DNA from: Oscillospiraceae bacterium | GTDB taxonomy: Bacteria; Bacillota; Clostridia; Oscillospirales; CAG-272 | Direction of reading: 5' to 3' | NCBI GenBank assembly: GCA_015064025.1 | Contig: SVSZ01000003.1 | Coordinates: forward strand, 1 to 55,322 | Length of the DNA: 55,322 nucleotides | In this document: positions 8,334 through 16,120 of the stretch, one piece after another | Position numbering within the stretch: position 1 is the first letter of the stretch | Layout: every line of letters begins with the position of its first letter | The notes under the pieces: model-generated | Seen by the model: the letters and a program-made list of their open reading frames with translations, nothing else | Told to the model about the DNA's origin: nothing | Databases searched by the model: none | Translations under genes and position numbers: made by a program

Positions 8334-8711
8334 ATGAAATCTTTGGCAGAGCTTGCAGCAATCAGAGAGAAAATGAAGGACAAGATCGTTCTTCGCGAGG
8401 GAGGCGAGTCCAGCGTACGTATCGTCGTCGGTATGGCGACCTGTGGTATCGCGGCAGGAGCGCGTCCCGTTCTCAGTGCATTTGTTGAAGGCGTGGAAAA
8501 GGAGGGCCTTGCAGGAAAGGCGATTGTATCCCAGACGGGGTGCATCGGTATTTGCCAGTACGAGCCCGTTGTGGAGGTTATGGAGCCGGGTAAAGAAAAG
8601 ATTACCTATGTGAAAATGACCCCCGAAAAGGTTGAAAAAGTACTGAAAGAGCACATCAAGGGTGGCAAGGTCGTTCAGGAATACACGATCGCCGCTGCCA
8701 AGAATGTATAA
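8334..8711 (+). CDS. Thioredoxin-like (2Fe-2S) ferredoxin (HydD-like)
   Basis: 125 aa with the GMATCGIAAGA ... CIGICQYEPVV pattern. Confidence 0.75.
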   Translation: MKSLAELAAIREKMKDKIVLREGGESSVRIVVGMATCGIAAGARPVLSAFVEGVEKEGLAGKAIVSQTGCIGICQYEPVVEVMEPGKEKITYVKMTPEKVEKVLKEHIKGGKVVQEYTIAAAKNV

Positions 8712-8729
8712 ATTGGAGGTATCGATTTT

Positions 8730-10556
8730 ATGATTCGCGCTCACGTATTATGTTGTGGCGGTACGGGATGTACTTCTTCCGGAAGCCCTAAAATCCAAGC
8801 TGCTTTCGAGACTGAAATTGCAAAGAACGGTCTTGCCGATGAAATCAAGGTCGTTCAAACCGGTTGCTTCGGTCTTTGTGCACTCGGTCCCGTTGTTATC
8901 GTATATCCCGACGGAACCTTCTACAGCAACGTCACCGAAGAGGACGTTGCGGAGATCGTCAGCGAGCACCTTCTCAAGGGACGTGTTGTTGAAAGACTCG
9001 TCTATAATGACACCGGCGATGCAGAAGCAAACGTAGAGGAAGCACACGCATCCTTGAATGACACCATCTTCTATAAATCCCAGTACCGCCTGGCACTCCG
9101 TAACTGCGGCGTCATCAATCCTGAGGCTATTGACGAATACATTGCGATGGACGGCTACGCAGCACTCGGAAAGGTTCTGACCGAGATGACTCCCGACGAG
9201 GTCATTCAAACCATTCTGGATTCCGGTCTCCGCGGACGCGGAGGCGCAGGCTTCCCGACCGGCTTGAAGTGGAAGTTCGCTTCGGGTAGACGCGGCGAGG
9301 TCCAGAAGTACGTTTGTTGTAACGCAGACGAGGGAGACCCCGGCGCATTTATGGACCGTTCTATTCTTGAGGGTGACCCTCACGCACTGATCGAGGCTAT
9401 GGCAATTGCAGGCTATGCAATCGGCGCAACGCAGGGTTACGTATACGTTCGTGCAGAGTACCCGATCGCAGTCAATCGCCTCCAGATCGCAATCGATCAG
9501 GCAAAGGAATACGGTTTGCTCGGCAAGAATATCTTTGGTACGGACTTTGAATTCGACCTTGAGATCCGTCTTGGCGCAGGTGCATTCGTCTGTGGTGAAG
9601 AGACCGCACTGATGACCTCCATCGAAGGTAAGCGCGGTGAGCCCCGTCCCCGTCCTCCTTTCCCCGCAGTCAAGGGTCTGTTCGATCGTCCCACCGTTTT
9701 GAACAACGTCGAAACCTACGCAAACATTCCCCAGATCATTCTCAAGGGTGTGGATTGGTTCAGAACCATCGGCACCGAGAAGTCCAAGGGTACGAAGGTG
9801 TTTGCACTCGGCGGAAAGATCAAGAACACAGGTCTTGTTGAGGTTCCTATGGGAACGACGCTTCGTCACATCATTGAGGAGATCGGTGGCGGTATCCCCA
9901 ACGGCAAGAAGTTTAAGGCTGCACAGACCGGTGGACCTTCCGGCGGATGTATCCCCGCGCACTTGATCGACACCCCTATTGACTACGATAACCTTCTTGA
10001 AATCGGATCTATGATGGGCTCCGGTGGTTTGATCGTTATGGACGAGGATAACTGTATGGTTGATATCGCACGCTTCTTCCTCGACTTTACGGTGGATGAG
10101 TCCTGCGGTAAGTGCACACCCTGCCGTGTTGGTACGAAGAGACTCCTTGAGATCCTTGATAAGATCATCGCAGGTAACGGTGAGCTTGAGGATCTTGACA
10201 GACTTGAGGAGCTTTCCAACTACATCAAGTCCGCATCTCTTTGCGGTCTCGGTCAAACTGCCCCCAACCCCGTCCTTTCCACACTGCGCTACTTCCGTGA
10301 GGAGTATATCGCGCACATCGTTGACAAAAAGTGTCCCGCAGGTGTTTGTAAGGGTCTGTTGCGTTTCGTTATCGATGCTGACAAGTGTATCGGTTGCGGA
10401 ATGTGTGCAAAGCAGTGTCCTGCATCCGCAATCGAGAGAACCGATTACATCGCGCCCAAGCACAAGCTTGCCTCCTTTGCAATCGATCCCGCGAAGTGCG
10501 TGAAGTGCGGTGCTTGCTTGCCCACCTGTAAGTTCAAAGCTATCTCAAAACAGTAA
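8730..10556 (+). CDS. nuoF: NuoF-like NAD(P)H/FMN-binding subunit (HydB/beta) with an N-terminal 2Fe-2S domain and C-terminal 2x[4Fe-4S]
   Basis: GLRGRGGAGFPTGLKW (FMN/NADH site), ESCGKCTPCR, and C-terminal CIGCGMCAKQCP / CVKCGACLPTC. GGAGG RBS at 8715-8719. Confidence 0.9.
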   Translation: MIRAHVLCCGGTGCTSSGSPKIQAAFETEIAKNGLADEIKVVQTGCFGLCALGPVVIVYPDGTFYSNVTEEDVAEIVSEHLLKGRVVERLVYNDTGDAEANVEEAHASLNDTIFYKSQYRLALRNCGVINPEAIDEYIAMDGYAALGKVLTEMTPDEVIQTILDSGLRGRGGAGFPTGLKWKFASGRRGEVQKYVCCNADEGDPGAFMDRSILEGDPHALIEAMAIAGYAIGATQGYVYVRAEYPIAVNRLQIAIDQAKEYGLLGKNIFGTDFEFDLEIRLGAGAFVCGEETALMTSIEGKRGEPRPRPPFPAVKGLFDRPTVLNNVETYANIPQIILKGVDWFRTIGTEKSKGTKVFALGGKIKNTGLVEVPMGTTLRHIIEEIGGGIPNGKKFKAAQTGGPSGGCIPAHLIDTPIDYDNLLEIGSMMGSGGLIVMDEDNCMVDIARFFLDFTVDESCGKCTPCRVGTKRLLEILDKIIAGNGELEDLDRLEELSNYIKSASLCGLGQTAPNPVLSTLRYFREEYIAHIVDKKCPAGVCKGLLRFVIDADKCIGCGMCAKQCPASAIERTDYIAPKHKLASFAIDPAKCVKCGACLPTCKFKAISKQ

Positions 10557-10575
10557 GAAAGGGGAATTGTGGACA

Positions 10576-12330
10576 ATGGATATGATAAAAGTAAAAATTA
10601 ATGGCAAAGAATATTCTGTTGCCAAGGGTTCCACGGTTCTGGAAGCCGCAAAAGCAGCGCATATTGATATTCCTACGCTCTGCTATCTGAAAGACATCAA
10701 TGAGATTGGTGCTTGTCGTCTGTGTCTGGTCGAAATTGCCGAAATGCGCGGAGACGCACTCGGTCCTTGGCGCATGGTTACCGCTTGCGTATATCCTTGC
10801 ACCGAAGGGATGGAGATCAAGACCAACACTCCTAAGATTACCGCATCCAGAAAGATGAACCTGGAGCTTTTGCTCTCCAATCACGATAAGAAGTGTCTCT
10901 CCTGCGTACGCTCCACCAACTGTGAGTTGCAGACGCTCTGCCGTGAGTACGGTGTTGAATTCTCCCGCTTCGACGGTGATACCAACGAGTACGAGATCGA
11001 CGACAGAACTCCTATCATCCGCGATAATAACAAGTGTATTCTGTGTCGCCGTTGCGTCGCAACCTGTGCAAAGGTTCAGGAGATTGGTGTTATCGGCGCT
11101 AACAACCGCGGATTTGACACCTATATCGGTTCTGCATTCGAGCAGCCCTTGGCGGCTACCTCCTGCATCAACTGTGGTCAGTGTATCGTAGCTTGCCCTG
11201 TTGGCGCACTCTACGAGAGAGATGACACCGACGGTGTTTTTGAGGCTCTTGCAGATCCCAACAAGCATACCGTAATTTGCACCGCTCCCTCCGTCCGCGC
11301 ACAGCTTGGCGAGTGCTTCGGCTACGAGCCCGGTACCGACGTTGAGGGCAAGATGGTTGCTGCTCTCAAGGCGCTTGGCTTTGACGGTGTATATGATATG
11401 AATCTCACCGCTGACCTTACCATCGTCGAGGAGGCAACCGAGCTGATCGGAAGAATTCAGAACAACGGCACGCTGCCTATGATCACCTCCTGCTCACCCG
11501 GATGGATCAAGTACTGCGAGCACTATTTCCCTGAATTCACGGAGAACCTTTCCACCTGCAAGTCTCCTCAGCAGATGTTTGGTGCGATCGTTAAGACCTA
11601 CTACGCACAGAAGATGGGTTGGGATCCCAAGGACATCGTAATGGTATCCGCAATTCCTTGTACCGCAAAGAAGTTCGAGGTTTCTCGCCCCGATCAGAAC
11701 GCAGCAGGCGTTCCCGATGTTGATTATGCGATCACGACCCGTGAGGTCGGCCGTATGATCCAGAAGGCAGGCATCAACTTCCGCGCTCTTGAGGACGAGA
11801 AGTTTGACGATCCCTTTGCAATCGGCTCCGGCGCAGGCGCAATCTTCGGAGCAACCGGTGGCGTTATGGAGGCGGCACTCCGCTATGCGGCAGAGATCAT
11901 TCTCGGCAAGAAGCTCGAGAAGGTTGATTTTGCTGAGGTGCGTGGCACCGAGGGAATCAAGACCGCATCCTACAAGCTCGGAGACGTTACGGTGAATGTT
12001 GCAGTTGCTTCCAGCACGGGTATGGCCAAGAAGCTTCTGAATATGGTTAAGAACGGTGAGCTTGACGTTCAGTTCATCGAGATCATGGGATGCCCCGGTG
12101 GATGTGTCAACGGCGGTGGTCAGCCCATTCAGCCCGCAAACGTTCGTATGAATATGGATCTGCGCGCGATTCGTGCAGCAGTTCTTTACAACGACGACGC
12201 AAACGACGAGCTTCGCAAATCTCAAGACAACCTTGCTGTAAAGGTGCTTTACGATGAATTCCTCGGCGCACCCAACAGTCATAAGGCGCACGAGATTCTG
12301 CACACCAGCTACATCAAGCGCGGTCTGTAA
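10576..12330 (+). CDS. hydA: [FeFe]-hydrogenase catalytic subunit (HydA, multidomain M3-type)
   Basis: N-terminal 2Fe-2S ferredoxin fold (CRLC...C), a His-ligated cluster region, and two 4Fe-4S motifs (CILCRRCVATC, CINCGQCIVACP). H-cluster motifs are TSCSPGW, IPCTAKKFE and EIMGCPGGCVNGGGQP. Confidence 0.9.
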   Translation: MDMIKVKINGKEYSVAKGSTVLEAAKAAHIDIPTLCYLKDINEIGACRLCLVEIAEMRGDALGPWRMVTACVYPCTEGMEIKTNTPKITASRKMNLELLLSNHDKKCLSCVRSTNCELQTLCREYGVEFSRFDGDTNEYEIDDRTPIIRDNNKCILCRRCVATCAKVQEIGVIGANNRGFDTYIGSAFEQPLAATSCINCGQCIVACPVGALYERDDTDGVFEALADPNKHTVICTAPSVRAQLGECFGYEPGTDVEGKMVAALKALGFDGVYDMNLTADLTIVEEATELIGRIQNNGTLPMITSCSPGWIKYCEHYFPEFTENLSTCKSPQQMFGAIVKTYYAQKMGWDPKDIVMVSAIPCTAKKFEVSRPDQNAAGVPDVDYAITTREVGRMIQKAGINFRALEDEKFDDPFAIGSGAGAIFGATGGVMEAALRYAAEIILGKKLEKVDFAEVRGTEGIKTASYKLGDVTVNVAVASSTGMAKKLLNMVKNGELDVQFIEIMGCPGGCVNGGGQPIQPANVRMNMDLRAIRAAVLYNDDANDELRKSQDNLAVKVLYDEFLGAPNSHKAHEILHTSYIKRGL

Positions 12331-12346
12331 TATTTCTTTTAACACA

Positions 12347-12380
12347 AACGGGAAAGGTCAAACGACCTTTCCCGTTTTCC
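12347..12380 (+). terminator. Rho-independent terminator of the hydrogenase operon
   Basis: AACGGGAAAGGTC / GACCTTTCCCGTT stem followed by a T-run. Confidence 0.8.
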
Positions 12381-12438
12381 GTGCTTTGCGGGAGGGGCTC
12401 CAAAATGCAAGGATTTCTTTGATTTTTTCTCACATCGG

Positions 12439-12467
12439 TTGACTTTTATCAAAAAAAGTTGTATAAT
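12439..12467 (+). promoter_or_regulatory. Sigma-A promoter of the COG0523 gene pair: TTGACT, 17 nt spacer, TATAAT, extended -10 TG
   Basis: TTGACT at 12439-12444, 17-nt spacer ending in TG, TATAAT at 12462-12467. Confidence 0.6.
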
Positions 12468-12503
12468 AATAGTTGTTATTTTTATCAAAGAAGGGTGTTT
12501 TTT

Positions 12504-13709
12504 ATGACGAAAATTGATATTTTTTCAGGCTTTCTCGGTGCGGGAAAGACGACGCTGATCAAAAAACTGTTGCGCGAAGCGTACGTTGGAGAAAAACTGG
12601 TGCTCATCGAAAATGAATTTGGAGAGATCGGTATCGACGGCGGTTTTATGCAGGATGCAGGAATCGAAGTGACCGAAATGAATAGTGGTTGCATCTGCTG
12701 TTCCTTGGTTGGAGATTTCGGGAAGGCACTTCAAAAGGTACTTGATGAATACCATCCCGATCGTATTCTTATCGAGCCCTCGGGGGTCGGGAAGCTTTCC
12801 GATATCATCCGCGCCGTACAAGATCTCGATGCGAAGGATATTCTTCTCAATGGCTTTACTACGGTTGCAGATGTAAAAAAATGCAAAATGTATATGAAAA
12901 ACTTTGGAGAATTCTTCAACGATCAGATATCCAACGCCGGATGCATCGTTCTTTCTCACACGCAATCCGTAACAGATGAAAAAATGGAAGAGACAGTATC
13001 CCTTCTGCGCGAAAAAAATCCCACCGCCGTGATCGTTACCACTCCTTGGGACTCCCTGGACGGTACGGCACTCCTTGCTGCGATGGAACGCAGAGATACG
13101 ATAGAAGAGGAGCTCGCGCGGTTGGCAGAAACGGTGCACCATCACCATCATCACAGCGACGAATGCGAGGATCCCGATTGCTCTTGTCACCATCATCACC
13201 ACGATCACGATGAGGAGGAGCACGAGCACCATCACCATCATCACAGCGACGAATGCGAGGATCCCGATTGCTCTTGCCACCATCATCACCACAATCACGA
13301 TGAGGAGGAGCACGGGCACCATCACCATCATCACAGTGACGAATGCGAGGATCCCAATTGCTCTTGCCACCATCATCACCACAATCACGGTGGGGAAGGG
13401 CATGAGCATCATCACCATCATCACGCCGACGAGGTGTTTGTCAGCTACGGAGCGGAAACCGCTCGAAAATTCGGCAAAGAAGAGCTGGAGGAAATTCTCA
13501 AAGCTCTTGCTGATGAGAAATACGGTGCGGTACTTCGCGCGAAGGGAATTGTTCCTTGCAAATGCGGCGCATGGTTGCACTTTGATTACGTTCCCGAAGA
13601 AGGAGACGTTCGGAAAGGATCTGCGGCAATTACAGGAAGGCTTTGCGTGATTGGATCGAAGCTTAACAGAGCTGCGCTGAGTGAATTGTTCGGCGTTGAT
13701 TTGAAATAA
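12504..13709 (+). CDS. COG0523 (CobW/YjiA/ZigA-type) G3E GTPase metallochaperone with a very large His/Cys-rich insert
   Basis: Walker A GFLGAGKTT, ENEFGE, metal motif CICC, IEPSGVG. The C-terminal CobW_C-like domain follows a stretch of about 96 aa holding roughly 45 His and 9 Cys. Confidence 0.85.
   Translation: MTKIDIFSGFLGAGKTTLIKKLLREAYVGEKLVLIENEFGEIGIDGGFMQDAGIEVTEMNSGCICCSLVGDFGKALQKVLDEYHPDRILIEPSGVGKLSDIIRAVQDLDAKDILLNGFTTVADVKKCKMYMKNFGEFFNDQISNAGCIVLSHTQSVTDEKMEETVSLLREKNPTAVIVTTPWDSLDGTALLAAMERRDTIEEELARLAETVHHHHHHSDECEDPDCSCHHHHHDHDEEEHEHHHHHHSDECEDPDCSCHHHHHNHDEEEHGHHHHHHSDECEDPNCSCHHHHHNHGGEGHEHHHHHHADEVFVSYGAETARKFGKEELEEILKALADEKYGAVLRAKGIVPCKCGAWLHFDYVPEEGDVRKGSAAITGRLCVIGSKLNRAALSELFGVDLK
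13137..13424 (+). repeat. In-frame tandem repeat, period 90 bp, about 3.2 copies. It encodes HHHHHHSDECEDP(D/N)CSCHHHHH(D/N)H(D/G)(E/G)E(E/G)HE units
   Basis: Units at 13137-13226, 13227-13316 and 13317-13406, plus a partial unit at 13407-13424. Units 1 and 2 differ at only 3 of 90 positions. Confidence 0.95.
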
Positions 13710-13719
13710 GGAGTGCGCT

Positions 13720-14667
13720 ATGGCAGCTATGATACCCGTATACCTCTTTACAGGGTTTCTTGAGGGTGGAAAAACACACATCATTCAGGAATCTATGGAG
13801 GATCCCAAATTTAATAACGGCGAAAAAACACTTCTTATTCAGTGCGAAGAGGGAGTGGACGAGCTTGATTTTTCAAGATTTTACACGCAAAGCGTTCAGC
13901 TTGAAACCTTAGAGGACGAGGCAGCGTTGACGGAAGAAATTTTAAGCACGTTGTCAAAAAAACACAAGCCTGCGCGTGTGATCATCGAATACAACGGAAT
14001 GTGGTCGCTCAACACGCTCTACCAAAATCTTCCAAGCAGTTGGCAAGTTTATCAGGAAATGATGTTTGCGGATGCCAACACGTTTCTTTCCTACAACGCC
14101 AATATGCGTCAGTTAATGGTAGACAAGCTCCTCAATGCGGAAATGGTCATACTCAACCGCACCCCGGCGGAGATTGATAAAGAAGAAATCCACAAGGTGA
14201 TCCGCGGAATTTCACGCCGTGTCGCTATCGCTTACGATTATCCCGACGGACACGTGGAGTACGACGAGATCGAGGATCCGCTTCCGTTTGATCTGAGTGC
14301 ACCGATCGTTAATATTGAGGATGCGGATTACGCGCTTTTTTACAGAGATTTGTCCGAGGAAATGGATAAATACAATGGAAAAACCGTACGATTCAAGGGC
14401 TTGATCGCAAGAGATCCCTCCATCGGAGACAAAAGCGCGCTTGCAGGACGCCATGTGATGACCTGCTGCGCCGATGATATTGCATACAATCCGCTTGTTT
14501 GTATTTTCTCGGAAAAGTCCCCCTTAAAGACGCGGGATTGGGCGATTCTGACAGGAACGATCCGATTGGAAAAGCATAAGCTTTACAACGGCATAGGTCC
14601 CGTTTTCTACGTTACAAAGACAGAATTTGCTGTTCCTCCCGCACAAGAGGTTGCAACCTTTTATTGA
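13720..14667 (+). CDS. Degenerate COG0523-like N-domain fused to a DUF1980 (TIGR03943)-like C-terminal domain carrying a CCADD motif
   Basis: Degenerate P-loop GFLEGGKTH, no CxCC, IEYNGMW in place of ETTG/EPSG, NRTP in place of NKxD. The C-terminal GKTVRFKGLIARD....AGRHVMTCCADDIAY...W..LTGTI resembles the DUF1980 C-domain. AAGGAG RBS. Confidence 0.6.
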   Translation: MAAMIPVYLFTGFLEGGKTHIIQESMEDPKFNNGEKTLLIQCEEGVDELDFSRFYTQSVQLETLEDEAALTEEILSTLSKKHKPARVIIEYNGMWSLNTLYQNLPSSWQVYQEMMFADANTFLSYNANMRQLMVDKLLNAEMVILNRTPAEIDKEEIHKVIRGISRRVAIAYDYPDGHVEYDEIEDPLPFDLSAPIVNIEDADYALFYRDLSEEMDKYNGKTVRFKGLIARDPSIGDKSALAGRHVMTCCADDIAYNPLVCIFSEKSPLKTRDWAILTGTIRLEKHKLYNGIGPVFYVTKTEFAVPPAQEVATFY

Positions 14668-14671
14668 CGTG

Positions 14672-14720
14672 AATCAGCTCACCCCCTGACCGATAACAGT
14701 CAGGGGGTGAGCTGATTTCT
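14672..14720 (+). terminator. Strong hairpin terminator (19-bp perfect stem)
   Basis: AATCAGCTCACCCCCTGAC / GTCAGGGGGTGAGCTGATT with an 8-nt loop and a short T tail. Confidence 0.7.
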
Positions 14721-14775
14721 ATGAACCCTTGTTTTGAAAAAAGTGAGAAACAAATAATATTTTTTTCAAAAGCTA

Positions 14776-14804
14776 TTGGAATTTTGCTATAACTATGATA
14801 TAAT
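14776..14804 (+). promoter_or_regulatory. Sigma-A promoter upstream of cdaA: TTGGAA, 17 nt spacer, TATAAT
   Basis: TTGGAA at 14776-14781, TATAAT at 14799-14804. Confidence 0.5.
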
Positions 14805-14855
14805 ATATATAATTATCCTTTGATTTGGAAATACACGAACGTGGAGGAGACGGCT

Positions 14856-15866
14856 ATGACCATGATATGGGAAAAGATTTGCGCGTGGTTTATGCAATAC
14901 GTAGCGGATCCGATGATGCATATGGATTGGCGAGATGCAGTTGATATCCTTGTTTTGACGGTCTTACTGTATCAGGTCTATCGTTTTGTACGCAACCGAC
15001 GCGCAGGACGCGTAATGGTCGGATTGGTGTTCGTTGTTTTCATTTCCATCGTGTTGCGCTTTTTCAAGCTGGAGGCATTCACCTATATTTCCTCGTTGAT
15101 TGCAGCATCCGCCTTTTTCTGCGTTATCGTTATCTTTCAGCCGGAAATCCGCGATGCGCTTGAAAACATTGGAAATCTGACAATTCTCAAGCCCGGGAGT
15201 GATACTCTTCCCAAAAAGCAGTATTGGCTCGCAAAATCTGTTGCGGATGAGGTCGTCGATGCAACCTTCAAAATGGCAGATTCCCAAACCGGTGCCTTGA
15301 TTATTTTCGAAGGCATCACCAAGCTTGGAGATTATATGCATAGCGGAAAGCTCGTGGACGCCCGTGTAACCTCACACCTGCTTCAGAATATTTTTTACGA
15401 CAAAGCGCCTTTGCACGACGGTGCGGTGATCATTCGAAAAATGCGGATATACGCAGCAAGCTGTGTGCTTCCTTCCACAACGGGTGCTTTGGATTTCGGA
15501 AGCATGGGTACACGTCATCGCGCGGCGGTCGGAGTCACCGAGGTCAGCGATTCCTTGGCATTGATCGTTTCCGAGGAAACAGGGTTCGTTTCCGTGGCGC
15601 AGGACGGTCGCTTGCTCAGAGCAGTAGATCGCGAGACGCTTCGCGATATTCTGATGACTTACCTTGCGGGTAGAGCATATCTGCGCGTCAAGCGCGGCGT
15701 ACACGTGGATCCTTTTGACGGTGTCCCGAAGCTAAAGCGCTACTACGGTGAGGATGACTATTCTTCTCTTGACGGTGATGAGATATCAACCAAGGACGTT
15801 GTCGAGAGAGAGTTTCCCTCGCAAATGAATATGTTTGATTCCGACAATGGAGAAAACGCGGAGTAA
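14856..15866 (+). CDS. cdaA: Diadenylate cyclase CdaA (membrane-anchored DAC domain) with an acidic C-terminal extension
   Basis: Three N-terminal TM helices, then GALIIFEG, LHDGAVII, GTRHRAA and ALIVSEETG DAC-domain motifs. GGAGGAG RBS 6 nt upstream of the ATG at 14856. Confidence 0.9.
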   Translation: MTMIWEKICAWFMQYVADPMMHMDWRDAVDILVLTVLLYQVYRFVRNRRAGRVMVGLVFVVFISIVLRFFKLEAFTYISSLIAASAFFCVIVIFQPEIRDALENIGNLTILKPGSDTLPKKQYWLAKSVADEVVDATFKMADSQTGALIIFEGITKLGDYMHSGKLVDARVTSHLLQNIFYDKAPLHDGAVIIRKMRIYAASCVLPSTTGALDFGSMGTRHRAAVGVTEVSDSLALIVSEETGFVSVAQDGRLLRAVDRETLRDILMTYLAGRAYLRVKRGVHVDPFDGVPKLKRYYGEDDYSSLDGDEISTKDVVEREFPSQMNMFDSDNGENAE

Positions 15867-15883
15867 GAACGCATCTCCATAGC

Positions 15884-16120
15884 ATGAAATCTCTCGAAAG
15901 CAGAAAGGAGTGGATTCTTTTGAAGAAAAATCCTGTCAAGCGCGCGCTTGTTGAAAGAGGAGACACTACAACCTGCCGCGCCGTGGCGTTGCGTACTCCT
16001 GTGCGTATTTTCTGCCTTTTTCTGGCACTGATCATTTGGTTGGCTGTCGTGAATTTAAATAATTTATCGGGAGAAGGGGAGGATATCCCCGATCCTCCTA
16101 CCGAAGAGACTACTGTATGA
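15884..16120 (+). CDS. Small single-pass membrane protein of 78 aa, function unknown (occupies the position where cdaR is usually found)
   Basis: One hydrophobic helix, IFCLFLALIIWLAVVNL. Its stop overlaps the next start (ATGA at 16117). No YbbR domain. Confidence 0.4.
   Translation: MKSLESRKEWILLKKNPVKRALVERGDTTTCRAVALRTPVRIFCLFLALIIWLAVVNLNNLSGEGEDIPDPPTEETTV

Noticed and set aside
8748-10463. Very long antisense ORFs opposite real genes: 571 aa opposite nuoF; also 422-1777 opposite pfk, 12525-13784 opposite the COG0523 gene, 21245-22615 opposite relA, 38754-39860 opposite thrS, 41578-42546, 46252-47493 and 47381-48226.
   Set aside because: Their translations are low-complexity, with no recognisable motifs, RBS or promoter. 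The opposite strand in every case encodes a protein with clear family signatures. These are typical shadow ORFs, produced by codon bias that avoids stop codons in the antisense frame.
12445-12503. Searched the COG0523 promoter/leader for a Zur/Nur/NikR-type operator.
   Set aside because: Only a weak AT-rich inverted repeat (AATAA n6 TTATT) overlaps the -10 region. In AT-rich promoter DNA this is indistinguishable from chance. I cannot support a regulator site without a genome-wide motif.
13137-13424. Regular 90-bp periodicity checked as a possible CRISPR-like or minisatellite array.
   Set aside because: The repeats abut with no spacers, are in frame within an intact COG0523 ORF, and encode a coherent His/Cys peptide. 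This is a coding tandem duplication, not a CRISPR array.
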